Origin: an uncultured Gammaproteobacteria bacterium
GTDB taxonomy: Bacteria > Patescibacteriota > Patescibacteriia > UBA9934 > GWF2-40-263
Assembly: GCA_964399675.1 (NCBI GenBank)
Contig: CAYNRK010000001.1
Coordinates: forward strand, 424 to 64,423
Length of the DNA stretch: 64,000 bases
Reading direction: 5' to 3'
Made by a program: the position numbers and the translations under genes. Positions 11,301-21,143 of this stretch are shown in pieces (positions within the stretch are counted from its first letter, which is position 1; each line of letters opens with the position of its first letter). Below the pieces are notes generated by a model. That model had not been told where the DNA came from. It ran no database searches and was given only the letters and a program-made list of their open reading frames with translations.

Positions 11301-14300
11301 TTCTGGAAACGCAACATTTGCAGGAGACTTAACAGTAAGCGGAACACTTTCTGGAGTCTCAGATATTGGTGGAACAACCGCAACAACATTTACTCTTGAT
11401 ACAGACAGCTCTGGAGTTGCTGATCAGGATTTATATTTTTATTTTGAGGACGACGAAGCTGCAACAGCACATTATCTTGGTTGGGATGATGGGCTTGATT
11501 CTTTCCTTTTTAATGATGAGGTTTCTCCAGCAACCGCCGGAACTCCAACACTTGGTCTTACAACAAATGAATGGGATGGACTTTATATTGGAGATGATGG
11601 GGTTGGGGTAACTTTTGGAGCTGGACAGGAATTCGTTGCCACTCACAATTCAACAGATTCAATAATGAGTTTTAGAACAGCACAAACCGCCTCTTTAGAT
11701 ACAGATACTGCTATTTATACTTTTGCAGCAGATACGGCAAACGCTGGAATGACAGCAAGCAGCGAAGTGTTTGAAATTGGTTATGGCGATGTTGATGACT
11801 CAGCAGCCAATTGGACAGAGCTTTTCTCAGTTAGGGAAGATGGAGATGTTCAAATTGGTGGTAACAGGTTGACCACAAATGGCATCACATCCATGAACCT
11901 ATTTAACGAAAACGTACTTACAGCCAGTGTTTTGACAACCGCAACAGACATAACAATAGGTGCTGTTGCTGGTACGGTTTCATTGCAAGGTGACCTGGCA
12001 GTCAACGGAGACGATATTACTTCAGATGGTGACCTCACCATTGACGCAGCTGGCGGACAAGTTCTTTTTGCAGATGGGGATGTTTTTAATATTGGGGGTG
12101 CTTCGGGTGTTGCTTATAACGTTATTGGTGACAATACGGATAATGTTAGTGGCACACCAAACTCTGATGACGACCTTTATATTGAGGGAAACATTGAGGT
12201 GGATGGTGCATTCAATTTTGATAGTTCAGGTTCTTTCGAAGGTCCTGTGACTATTATTACGGGCGCACTTAGAGTAAACAGCGATTCAATTACATCAGAC
12301 TCAAATCTTGATATTTCAGCAACTGGGTATGTTCGGATTGGTGATACCGGAACCCCTGGAGTTGCAAATGGAGATGATGATCTTTATGTTGAAGGCGGTC
12401 TGGAAGTTGATGGAGAAACAGAGCTTGATGGCGCGCTTGATGCTGATGGCCAAGTTGATTTAGGTGATAACGGAGACACAGTTGCCATTAACTCTTCTGA
12501 CTGGGACATTGGCACGGATGGAACGATTACAGGCGTTGATTTTGATGCCAATGGTTCCGGCAACTCTCTTTCAAATGTTGATGCAGCAGATATAACAGAT
12601 GACTCATTAGATTTTACAGAGTTTGATGACTCAATGTCGCTTGATGCTGCATTGACTGTATTAGGTGGGGCAGGTGAGACAATTACTTGGTCTCGCACTC
12701 TGACTAATGCCACTGCAGAGAAGGCAATGACGCTTAATGTAACTCCTAGCGATTCAACCGGTGCAACAACAGAGCAGTATGGTCTCTATATTGATAACAC
12801 CAGTAGTTTGAGTTATGCAGTGGATGCTTTACTTGTTATTGACAACTCTCATACTTCAGACTCTGATGATGTTGGAGCAGGGATTCGTTTTGAATCTAAT
12901 GTAGGAGATTTTCTTTATGGCATTGACATGAACAGTGCCACAGTGCAAACCTCTGATATTCGTCTGTCAAATGGAGAAACTATTTCAAACACAGCAGACG
13001 GAACCATTGCCATAACAGCAACCGATACAACAATTTCCGGCAATCTTTCTGTTGATGGAAATGCCAATCCAGCAAATGCTGGTCAAGAAACTCTTGGTAC
13101 AACAGCTCTTGAATGGGACGGGCTCTTTGTTGGTGATGATGGGGTTGGTGTTACATGGGGTGCTGGGCAGGATTTGGTGGCCGCATTTGACAATGCGAGC
13201 GACTCACTTGAATTTATTGGATCACTTGTTTCAATCGGTGCTGAAGCCGACAATACAACGGCAACAGGTGATAATGATTTATTTGTTGTAGGTGATTTTG
13301 AGGTGAACGGTGCCACAGACTTAGATGGAAATCTTTTAGTAGCTGACACTGACATTGCTTTTGATGGAGCTTCAACAACTTTTACAACAACTGGTGCTTT
13401 CACACTTACTCCAGGAGGCGCAACTCTTTTAGGAGACGGTGTAAACACAATGCAAATCAATTCTTCTGATTGGGATATTGGTACAGACGGAACGATTACA
13501 GGTGTTGATTTTGATGCTAATGGAACAGAGAACTCTCTTTCAAATGTTGATGCAGCAGATATAACAGATGACTCACTCACTTTTGCACAAATTAGCGACT
13601 CCTCAGCCATTGATACTGATACAACCTTTACAGCAGCTGACGGAGTTCAGCTCACACTCACCCCAACGCACACAAACGGTGATACAAATTTTTTCACAAT
13701 TAACGCAGATCAAACCGATGATGGTGATGGCACAGATGATTTCTATGCCATAAAACTTGATCTTACATCTGAGAGCGGGGACACAGGAGATACATTCCGA
13801 GGAATTGGTATTGAATGGGAAGAAGGAACAGCAAATACTGTTATGGATGCTGCCATTAGGATTGATAATGAAGAAACAACAGACTCCACCATAACGGATG
13901 CAATTATTATTACTTCCTCAGGTGTTGAAGCAGGCGTAGTAGATGCGCTTGATGCATCTGATTCAAACATCACGAACGCCCTGAACATTGGTACTAATAA
14001 TATTGTTTTTGACACAATGCGTCAGTACGGTTCATCTTCAACAGTTCTTACTTGGGATGATGGTGGTAATACAATGATGACACTTACAGACAATTCAAAC
14101 GAAGGTGATCTTGTGATTACAGGTGATCTAACAGCAGATGACTTTTCTTGTACTTCAGGCGACTGTTTGGACTTTACAGAATTGTCTGACACCATGGCTC
14201 TTGACACAGCAACCTCAATTACCGGTACTGCTGGTGAGACTTTTACATTTACTCGTACCGGAACCGCAGCTGCAAGCGAAAATGGTGTGGCAATTGGGAT

Positions 14301-17300
14301 GACAATCGGACTTTTAGACGGAATGTCACGACAACAGAATGGTTTGGAGATTACGGTTACAAACGAAGCGGATCATGAAGGCTCAACAAACATTATAACC
14401 GGACTTAATGTTGCAGCACTTGGAACCGCAGATGCTGAGGCTTGGGAAAGAGGGATTCAGATTAATGCTGGTTGGGATCACAATATACTTTTTAATGATA
14501 CAACAACAAATATCGGAGTGGCAGATGGGGGTACGATCACTTGGAATGATAATAATAGTCAGACTTTGATGACACTTACAGATGATTCAGACGAAGGAGA
14601 TTTGGTTGTAACAGGGTCTGGAGATTTTGATGAATTAACAGTTGATGAAAATGGACTTGGAATTGATGTTGCAGCTGCCGGACAGCTAACAATTGGAGGT
14701 ACAAATGCAACAACTATTTCAATATGTAATTCAGCTGATTGTGCAGTGGTTGATATTGCAACTAATGCGTCTGCAGACAATATTTATTTAGGGGATGTTG
14801 CAGATACCGTTGCAATAAGAGGAGCAGCAGGTTCTTATGTTAATTTTCCATATTTTGATATTGCAGCAAACACAAACTTCATGACATTTACTCCTAATAC
14901 AACAGGAACGGTTCTTGATTTTGATCTTGAAACAGAGTGGACAACAGGAGATCTTATTAATGCTGATTGGGATTCGTCTACTGCTATGACAGGAACTTCA
15001 GTGACAGGAATTGATCTTGATTTTACAAACGCAACAGCAACTCAAGATGTTGATTGGAATGGAATAAATGTAAAATCTCCAAGCTCAACATCGTTAAGCG
15101 GTAATACAACAACAAATCTTGTTGGGTTTAATATCCCATCTGCAGCAACATTAGACACAACTGGAGCTGCAGGAGATACAACAATTGTTTCTTGGATTGG
15201 AAACCAGATTTATACACCAGACATTGATACAGGAGCAGGAGAAACAAATGATGTTGTTACTTCAGTTGGGATTGCAATTATGGGTGGTACGGTTACAAAT
15301 GGAGGTGGAACTGAAAATCAATACGGGATAACGTTTGGAAATATTCAAAGCGATATTATAACAGGCAACGGTGAAGAGCTTGATGTTACAGCAGGAGACG
15401 GATCAGGTGCTGCTGGAGGAGCGCTTGATTTTAATGCTGGAGCAGGAGCTGCAACATATGATGGAGGAGCTGCAACAATGAACGCTGGAGACGGTGGGAT
15501 TGCATCAGATGGAGTGGATGTTGGTGGTGAGGGTGGAGGCGTAACAATAGCTGCTGGTAATGGAGGTGCAGGAATAATGGTTCTTGATGCCGGCGATGGT
15601 GGTGCATTAACTATTTCATCTGGAACAGGTGGTGCAAGAGCCATGGCTGGAACAGGTGCTGGAGGACTTCTTACAATTAGTGCTGGAGACGCTGGATCAT
15701 CAGCAACCGCAGAGTCAGCCGCAGGCGGGTCTGTTCTGATTACAGCCGGTGATGGAGAAGGTACAGGAGCAGCGGGCGACGGAGGTTCTATTACACTCAA
15801 CCCTGGTGATGCAGAAAGTGCGAGTGGTCAGTACGGAGCGATTGTTCTTGAGGGGGCAATAGATTTTGGAACTCAAGCAGCATTTGCTGATGGAGATACA
15901 GACCCTTCTGTTGAGCAAGGATCATTTTTTAGAACAGTAAATACCAATCCGGTTGGTGTAACAATTACAAATTTTGATGATGGAGTTGCCGGTCAGATTA
16001 TATTTATTGAAAATGTCGATACCTATAATACTATATTTTCTGAGGCTGGTGCAACAATAAGCCTTGGAACAAATAATATTACTACAGGCAGTGGAGACTT
16101 TACCGTTTGGATGTTTGACGGATCTGTTTGGCACCTTGTTTCATACATGCCTAGTTCTGCCAACAATTCAAACGGTGATGGTTTTGACGTTGCTGAGTGG
16201 TATCCGGCCTCAGAAGATGTTGTTCCCGGAGAAGTTGTGATTGCAAATTCAAATAGCTCTGTTGAAGTTAAGAAAAGCTCAGCACAATATCAAACAGCAT
16301 TGCTCGGTGTTGTTTCAACCCAACCAGGCCTTATTTTGGGAAGTGAGGGTGAAAGCACTTTTGCAGCTCAAGTAGCACTTGCCGGTCGTGTTCCGGTTAA
16401 AGCTACAAATGAAAATGGCGCAATCAAAGTTGGTGATTATCTTACAAGCTCAAGTGTTAGTGGACACGCAATGAAAGCCACAAAAGCCGGTCCGGTTGTT
16501 GGAATGGCGCTTGAGGATTTCAATGAAGCAACTGGAACCGTTCTTATGCATGTTAGCTCTGGTTGGTATGCAGGTGGAGTAATCGGAACCGATGGAACTT
16601 CAACTCTTATTACAGACAATGCGGTGATGGCTCCGCTTGGCATTGCAACAGAAGAAACACCAGACTTTGATTCGTATGGTTTGAGTTTGCGTGGCTCAGC
16701 TTGGAATGGAGCAGAGGCAGTTAACAAGCAAATGACACTTGTTACAGATATTACAAACGCAGATTCATATCGACTGTCAGTTCGTGACACAATTGGAACA
16801 GAAGTTGCTTACATCACAAACGAAGGAACAATGAGTATCTCTGGTGACATGGTGATTGCCGGAAAGCTTTATCCATCTGACAGAGGCGTTGCACAAACTG
16901 AAAAGTATATTTACTACGACGGTTCATCAGGGCCGGGTGGAGATTTTATGCGTACAAACGCAAGTGGTTGGTCAACAGGCTCATACGACTTTGCTGAAAT
17001 GTTCCCGTCCAATCAAGCGCTTCTGGCTGGTGAGGTTGTTGCGTTTTCTGGCGATGGAATAAATGTTTCAAGATCACTCAATTCACATGACAGCAAGTTG
17101 GCAGGAATTGTCTCAACTCGTCCGGGATTTTTGGCTGGCGAAAATTTAGCTGGTAATTATCCGGTTGCTTTAGCTGGGCGTGTGCCAACAAAAGTTGTTC
17201 TTGAAAATGGCGTGATTGAAGTCGGTGACGCTCTTACAAGTTCATCAACTCCCGGATCTGCCATGAAGGCAACAGAATCCGGAATGATTATTGGTTACGC

Positions 17301-18213
17301 TCTTGAGCCATACACAGGATCACAAAACGATGATCGGATAGTTGTATTTGTAAACGTTGGTTATTTTGCCGGAGAAAGTCTGGGAGCAACTCCTGGCGCG
17401 CAAAATACAGCATCTGAGTTTGCTCAAAGTTTTGCCACAAGTTATACGTCCCTAAACATGAGCGGAAATATTTACATGACCGGTAATGAGATTTTGAGTA
17501 TTGGAAAACTTGCCGGCATCTCAGACAACTGGTCTATTGATCAAGATGGAACAATGAAGACAAAGAGTCTTCTCAAGACTGTAATCACTTCACATCAAGG
17601 TACACAAGTTGAAACAATCGCTGTAACTTCACCAGAAGCAATCATCACGCTTTCAGGCACAACCGAACTTAAAGACGGCCAAGCAGAGGTCAGATTTGAA
17701 AAAGTCATTCCTGAATACAATGATGTAATTTCAGCCTGGGCGCCGATTCGTGTTGTTGTTACTCCAATGGGACCTGTCTCACTTTATGTTGAGCACAAAG
17801 ATCAGAATGGATTTATTGTAAAACGATTTGGAGGAAATGAAGTTGATGTTGAGTTTGATTGGATGGTAACTGCTTATCGCAAAGGCTTTGAGCCGGAGGA
17901 AGATGTTGAAGAGATCCGAGAGGTGGAAGATGTCCGAGAGGTGGAAGAAGAGGTAGCCCCAGGCTTTAGCCTGGGCGAAGAGGTCAGGGAAATTGAAAAA
18001 GATGAACCAATTACAGAAGAAGAAAAAGTTGAAAATGAAGAGGAAGATTCATTGGTCCCATTGGTCGAATCCGACCCATTGAATAACGAAGAGGTAGTTT
18101 TAGATGATCCCGCACCTCAGGTGAGTCCTGATGAAACCCCAGTCGATCCTTTGGTTCAAGATGATGGTGGCATACTTGCCGAGCAACCATCTGAACCAGT
18201 ATCGAACCCTTAA
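8392..18213 (+). CDS. Giant (3273 aa) acidic fibre-like adhesin with two putative auto-chaperone (peptidase G2-like) modules
   Basis: Signal peptide, ITYQGRIL..G.P N-domain, repeated GDLAVNGDDITSDG units, Gly-rich segment, duplicated D(V/F)AE..VALAGRVP..ENG.I.VGD.LTSSS..G.AMKAT module. Confidence 0.8.
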   Translation: MIRTLRSKFINLFTIISMLVMVFGVTGILSAASAPNIITYQGRILNSNGVPVSDASLAIVFALYDASTDGTCVWSNSSASCATTTTIAVSLTSGLFTENLGDTDDSYAAIGDSIFSDNATLYLEVIVAGETLTPRKRITAAPYALNADTLDGIDSSSFLQASGGDLELTGSLSVGDGAPNRITPDDEEVYIEGALEVDGAAYFDNRIAANLSSATDSFINLTSTGDFIFYDNGTAAMTIDDSGDVTLAGGLAVNGDDITSDGNLEIEATGYVRVGDSGVPTTASSDDDLFVTDDLEVDGIGRFDLGASDYLLVNAASFDSTTTTGALSIYVDSETNNNRGIFLDYEFLDDDDGTDTGVGMFMNLYNTTADDGDTIYGIHIDQVTSNIGTDALIRLENSDTDAADAVINAILIDGAGAITDAIDAADSDIENALHIDANFIRHNNLRTAEIDINTLTWEDVSGNDLMTLTDNSNTGDLVLTGDLAVNGDDITSDGNLDIIATTYVGVGSESPSSATGAGDLFVSDAIEIDGLSYLKGQVQTSSNVLATLDGTEQFRVDITGTGSFLVRDGAADIFVLDDEGAVTFTLDSIDDPAFTITNNGSSNVTTNLASTGDFVIQDNGTPAFTVDDSGDVTLAGDLAVNGDDITSDGDLTINPAGGQVSLADGDTLNIGGTAAGQAYNVIGDSVATASGQTDSDDDLYIEGDLEVDGLVVFQGSQFQIDALPTTATTGVIDVDISTVTAGVEGLNIYITQSDGSASGADVEAINLTLAANDADGDMFGIDIVANATDNAAAGSYEALIRLSNTEPTASTVTDALLVTTSSGTSGDIVDAVDASAGDITNALNAGSNFVLFNGTRAYSSSSTVLVFEDTAGNDLMTVTDAGTTGNLAVSGSLAVTGNLVASSDVSCTDCLDFPDFEDTLDFDSDTQFTQNGTETLTFSNQGTGAITFDLTSTGDFIVADDGTPAFTVNDSGNATFAGDLTVSGTLSGVSDIGGTTATTFTLDTDSSGVADQDLYFYFEDDEAATAHYLGWDDGLDSFLFNDEVSPATAGTPTLGLTTNEWDGLYIGDDGVGVTFGAGQEFVATHNSTDSIMSFRTAQTASLDTDTAIYTFAADTANAGMTASSEVFEIGYGDVDDSAANWTELFSVREDGDVQIGGNRLTTNGITSMNLFNENVLTASVLTTATDITIGAVAGTVSLQGDLAVNGDDITSDGDLTIDAAGGQVLFADGDVFNIGGASGVAYNVIGDNTDNVSGTPNSDDDLYIEGNIEVDGAFNFDSSGSFEGPVTIITGALRVNSDSITSDSNLDISATGYVRIGDTGTPGVANGDDDLYVEGGLEVDGETELDGALDADGQVDLGDNGDTVAINSSDWDIGTDGTITGVDFDANGSGNSLSNVDAADITDDSLDFTEFDDSMSLDAALTVLGGAGETITWSRTLTNATAEKAMTLNVTPSDSTGATTEQYGLYIDNTSSLSYAVDALLVIDNSHTSDSDDVGAGIRFESNVGDFLYGIDMNSATVQTSDIRLSNGETISNTADGTIAITATDTTISGNLSVDGNANPANAGQETLGTTALEWDGLFVGDDGVGVTWGAGQDLVAAFDNASDSLEFIGSLVSIGAEADNTTATGDNDLFVVGDFEVNGATDLDGNLLVADTDIAFDGASTTFTTTGAFTLTPGGATLLGDGVNTMQINSSDWDIGTDGTITGVDFDANGTENSLSNVDAADITDDSLTFAQISDSSAIDTDTTFTAADGVQLTLTPTHTNGDTNFFTINADQTDDGDGTDDFYAIKLDLTSESGDTGDTFRGIGIEWEEGTANTVMDAAIRIDNEETTDSTITDAIIITSSGVEAGVVDALDASDSNITNALNIGTNNIVFDTMRQYGSSSTVLTWDDGGNTMMTLTDNSNEGDLVITGDLTADDFSCTSGDCLDFTELSDTMALDTATSITGTAGETFTFTRTGTAAASENGVAIGMTIGLLDGMSRQQNGLEITVTNEADHEGSTNIITGLNVAALGTADAEAWERGIQINAGWDHNILFNDTTTNIGVADGGTITWNDNNSQTLMTLTDDSDEGDLVVTGSGDFDELTVDENGLGIDVAAAGQLTIGGTNATTISICNSADCAVVDIATNASADNIYLGDVADTVAIRGAAGSYVNFPYFDIAANTNFMTFTPNTTGTVLDFDLETEWTTGDLINADWDSSTAMTGTSVTGIDLDFTNATATQDVDWNGINVKSPSSTSLSGNTTTNLVGFNIPSAATLDTTGAAGDTTIVSWIGNQIYTPDIDTGAGETNDVVTSVGIAIMGGTVTNGGGTENQYGITFGNIQSDIITGNGEELDVTAGDGSGAAGGALDFNAGAGAATYDGGAATMNAGDGGIASDGVDVGGEGGGVTIAAGNGGAGIMVLDAGDGGALTISSGTGGARAMAGTGAGGLLTISAGDAGSSATAESAAGGSVLITAGDGEGTGAAGDGGSITLNPGDAESASGQYGAIVLEGAIDFGTQAAFADGDTDPSVEQGSFFRTVNTNPVGVTITNFDDGVAGQIIFIENVDTYNTIFSEAGATISLGTNNITTGSGDFTVWMFDGSVWHLVSYMPSSANNSNGDGFDVAEWYPASEDVVPGEVVIANSNSSVEVKKSSAQYQTALLGVVSTQPGLILGSEGESTFAAQVALAGRVPVKATNENGAIKVGDYLTSSSVSGHAMKATKAGPVVGMALEDFNEATGTVLMHVSSGWYAGGVIGTDGTSTLITDNAVMAPLGIATEETPDFDSYGLSLRGSAWNGAEAVNKQMTLVTDITNADSYRLSVRDTIGTEVAYITNEGTMSISGDMVIAGKLYPSDRGVAQTEKYIYYDGSSGPGGDFMRTNASGWSTGSYDFAEMFPSNQALLAGEVVAFSGDGINVSRSLNSHDSKLAGIVSTRPGFLAGENLAGNYPVALAGRVPTKVVLENGVIEVGDALTSSSTPGSAMKATESGMIIGYALEPYTGSQNDDRIVVFVNVGYFAGESLGATPGAQNTASEFAQSFATSYTSLNMSGNIYMTGNEILSIGKLAGISDNWSIDQDGTMKTKSLLKTVITSHQGTQVETIAVTSPEAIITLSGTTELKDGQAEVRFEKVIPEYNDVISAWAPIRVVVTPMGPVSLYVEHKDQNGFIVKRFGGNEVDVEFDWMVTAYRKGFEPEEDVEEIREVEDVREVEEEVAPGFSLGEEVREIEKDEPITEEEKVENEEEDSLVPLVESDPLNNEEVVLDDPAPQVSPDETPVDPLVQDDGGILAEQPSEPVSNP
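17953..17975 (+). repeat. GTAG-tagged REP hairpin in frame in the adhesin tail
   Basis: GTAG-C-CCCAGGCT-TT-AGCCTGGG encoding VAPGFSLG. Confidence 0.6.
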
Positions 18214-18216
18214 TCG

Positions 18217-18408
18217 TCAATGCGGTTAGGACTAAATAGGCCAAGGCTCCCATACCTATACATTGCCCCCACGCAATGTTGGCCACGAAGCCGTTCTGAC
18301 TGCGTTGAAGAAACGTTCTTTCTACAACGCCTATCCCGGTATTATCCGGGGCTTATGTGAGTTTAAACAAAACCCTTGTTTAAGTTTGCATAGACCCAAA
18401 TGGGTCAC
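18217..18408 (+). ncRNA. Putative structured RNA or 3' UTR downstream of the adhesin
   Basis: 15-bp stem 18217-18231/18294-18308 with several G-U pairs, inner GGCCAA/TTGGCC and CATTGC/GCAATG stems, three further hairpins. Confidence 0.45.
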
Positions 18409-18459
18409 ACACAATTTCATAGCATTAAGCGCGGGATCCCCACACTCGCGCTTTTTGCA

Positions 18460-18495
18460 TTCCCGCGCCTAGAGCGCGCGCCTAGAGCGCGGGAA
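18460..18495. repeat. GC-rich palindromic element
   Basis: TTCCCGCGC...GCGCGGGAA; shares GCCTAGAGCGCGGGAA with 40332-40347. Confidence 0.7.
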
Positions 18496-18522
18496 ATCAT
18501 TTTTTGCTATACTATGTTGAGT

Positions 18523-20901
18523 ATGTCAACTCAAAGGAAAACAGAAGACTCTTTATTAAGTGCATCGCGTGGTTTGCTCTATGCATTGCTTTTTTTACTT
18601 CCTTTATTTTTTCTTCCAATAACCCTGGATATACTTGAGATAAACAAACAAACTCTTCTTTTAGTATTAGTCTTTGCATCAGCTCTTTTGTGGATTGGAT
18701 CAATGATGAAAAATAAACAGTTTGTTTTCAGACGAGGTTGGATAAATATATTTCCTGTTTTATTACTTGCTGGAATGGTTGTCTCTGCTTTTTATTCAGT
18801 AGCACCTTACCTTTCTTGGGTTGGTTCAATGACGCAGGAGTACACAAGCGCTCTTACAGCATTTGGAGGAGTAATACTTTTTTACTTGTTAGTTAACACA
18901 ACCCATGAGCGCGCTGCACATCGAATAGTTCATTTTTGGTTACTGTTAAGCGCTGTGATTGTTGGGCTTGTTGGTTCGCTTTCAATAATGGGGGCTTCTG
19001 TTTTCTCATTTTCGTTTGCGCAAAATCTTGTTTTCAACACAATTGGATCGCTAAGCACATTTGCGATTTATTTAGTTATCATGACAATTTTTGCTGGTGC
19101 TCTTCTTGTCTCTCACAAAAAACAAGACGCACTTTTGCATAACGGTTTTTTGGGTTTTGTGGAGCACCTCATGATCGTCTTGTTATTTTTGATAACGTTC
19201 TTTGTTTTGCTGGTAATTGACTTTGCACTACTTTGGCTCATCTTTTCACTTGGCATTATCTTTTTGATGATTTTTGCATTGTTTCGCGCAAAGGATTTTC
19301 AAAGCTCTTCCAAGTTTATTCTTCCTGTTCTTCTGTTGCTCTTAGGACTTCCGTTTTGGTTTTGGTTTTCTTCCCCATTTAATATTTCCCTTCCTGTTGA
19401 GGTTGTTCAAACTCACACAGCAAGCATGGGAATTGCCAATAGTGCACTTCAATCTTTTTCAAGTTCATATGGATCAGGGCCTGGAACATATTTATTTGAT
19501 TACACAATGTTTCATGACGCAGGGATCAATGAAACCAATTTTTGGAATACACGGTTTGATCGCAGCTCATCCTTTTATACAACACTTCTTGCAACAACAG
19601 GTTTTATAGGTACAGGTGTATGGCTTTTGTTTATACTTGTTTTGGCTCTTAGATCTCTTCAACAAATCATAAAACCTCAATCGCGAGAAGAATGGCTGCA
19701 AAGCTTTGTTGCGTTTATGCCATGGCTTACACTTGTTGTGGCATCATTCCTGTATCCATTCAACATGACTCTAATGTTTTTATTTTTTGCTTTTTCCGGT
19801 TTGCTTGGTTCGCAAGTTATTACAAAGACGCTTAAGAAATCATACTCACAAGCACCCTCTCTTGCTCTACTTTTCTCCGCAGTCTTTATGATAGGCTCGC
19901 TTGTTTTTTTGGTGGGAATTTTTGTTACTGCACAACGATATGGGGCTGAGATAGCTTATGCCAAGGCAGTTCGTTTGGATCGAGATGGGGCCAGTACTGA
20001 AGATGTGGTCAAATATTTAGACAAAGCAGCAACATGGAATCGTTTTCATGATGGGTATTACCGATCATTGGCTCGAACACTTCTATTGCGAGTGGACGAT
20101 TATATTAGCGAGTCTTCCTCTGGTGTTCAGATGACAGAAGAGTCGCGGAGTTATGTTCAGGGGATTGTTGCTTCATCTGTGAACGCGGCTGTTCGAGCAA
20201 CAGAGCTCTCTCCTTATAATGTTCAAAATTGGCTTACTCGCGGAGTTGTTTATCAAGAGCTTATGCCTCTTATGTCTGATGCAGAAGGTTTTGCTATTGA
20301 GGCACACACAAAAGCGGTTGAGCTTGAGCCATTCAATCCAAGTCATTGGACAGAGCTTGGACAAACATATCTTTCAGCTGCTGAATTAAAACGGCCACTA
20401 ACAGTTGCAGAGGATAAGAGTGTTTCTGAACAGGCAAAAGTTGATTTGCAGGAAATGTTACAAAAAGCTCATCAATCTTTTCAAAAAGCCATTGAACTTC
20501 GACCGGCGTATTCACCAGCGCATTATCAGGTGGCAGTTGCTCTTGAGCGTGAAGGAAAACTGGATGAAGCTGTAGGAAAAATGGAGGCAGTTGCCAAGTA
20601 CAATCAATTGGATGTTGGTGTGGCATTCCAGCTCGGGCTTCTTTATTTAAGACGCGGAGGTGAACTGGATCTTAAGCGTGCAAAAAATTCTTTTGAATAT
20701 GCAATCTCGCTTGCTCCGGCATATGCAAATGCAAGATGGTTCCTGGCTTCTATTTATGAGCGTGAAAAGGATTTTGCAGCCGCTGCTCATCAGGTTGAAA
20801 AAGTCCTTGAGTTGGATCCTGGCAATGAGCTGGTAAAGACCAGATTAGATAGATTGCTAACAGGACAGGTTACAAAAGGTTTGCCAGAGTCTCTTAAATA
20901 A
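18523..20901 (+). CDS. O-antigen-ligase/Wzy_C-like polytopic membrane protein with C-terminal TPRs
   Basis: About 12 TM helices, GSGPGTY motif, TPR repeats; start chosen just after TG-C-TATACT at 18505-18513. Confidence 0.75.
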   Translation: MSTQRKTEDSLLSASRGLLYALLFLLPLFFLPITLDILEINKQTLLLVLVFASALLWIGSMMKNKQFVFRRGWINIFPVLLLAGMVVSAFYSVAPYLSWVGSMTQEYTSALTAFGGVILFYLLVNTTHERAAHRIVHFWLLLSAVIVGLVGSLSIMGASVFSFSFAQNLVFNTIGSLSTFAIYLVIMTIFAGALLVSHKKQDALLHNGFLGFVEHLMIVLLFLITFFVLLVIDFALLWLIFSLGIIFLMIFALFRAKDFQSSSKFILPVLLLLLGLPFWFWFSSPFNISLPVEVVQTHTASMGIANSALQSFSSSYGSGPGTYLFDYTMFHDAGINETNFWNTRFDRSSSFYTTLLATTGFIGTGVWLLFILVLALRSLQQIIKPQSREEWLQSFVAFMPWLTLVVASFLYPFNMTLMFLFFAFSGLLGSQVITKTLKKSYSQAPSLALLFSAVFMIGSLVFLVGIFVTAQRYGAEIAYAKAVRLDRDGASTEDVVKYLDKAATWNRFHDGYYRSLARTLLLRVDDYISESSSGVQMTEESRSYVQGIVASSVNAAVRATELSPYNVQNWLTRGVVYQELMPLMSDAEGFAIEAHTKAVELEPFNPSHWTELGQTYLSAAELKRPLTVAEDKSVSEQAKVDLQEMLQKAHQSFQKAIELRPAYSPAHYQVAVALEREGKLDEAVGKMEAVAKYNQLDVGVAFQLGLLYLRRGGELDLKRAKNSFEYAISLAPAYANARWFLASIYEREKDFAAAAHQVEKVLELDPGNELVKTRLDRLLTGQVTKGLPESLK

Positions 20902-20929
20902 AAACCCGTGTAAAGCACACGGGTTTTTT
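20902..20929 (+). terminator. Intrinsic terminator
   Basis: AAAACCCGTGT-AAAGC-ACACGGGTTTTTT. Confidence 0.8.
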
Positions 20930-20954
20930 GATCGAGCTTAGCTCGATTTTTTAC

Positions 20955-20983
20955 TTGGCAAAAATTTTGTTGACTGTTAGGAT
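20955..20983 (+). promoter_or_regulatory. Promoter of pyrF locus
   Basis: TTGGCA-17-TAGGAT with TG; palindrome ATCGAGCT-T-AGCTCGAT at 20931-20947. Confidence 0.55.
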
Positions 20984-21143
20984 AGCTCGGACGGTTGAGG
21001 GCGGTGTTGCGCTTTCACAAATGACCATCTTCAGGCACAAATCGACGGGCAGCGTTAAGGTGGGAATCCCCGCTGAACACAAGTCGGTCTTTTATGCAGC
21101 AGCGCAAGCGGCTGTTCACAGTGTCTGGATGTTAAGGAGTGTC

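Noticed and set aside
8392-18408. Diversity-generating retroelement targeting the adhesin
   Set aside because: No reverse transcriptase in the window, and repeat differences do not look adenine-specific.
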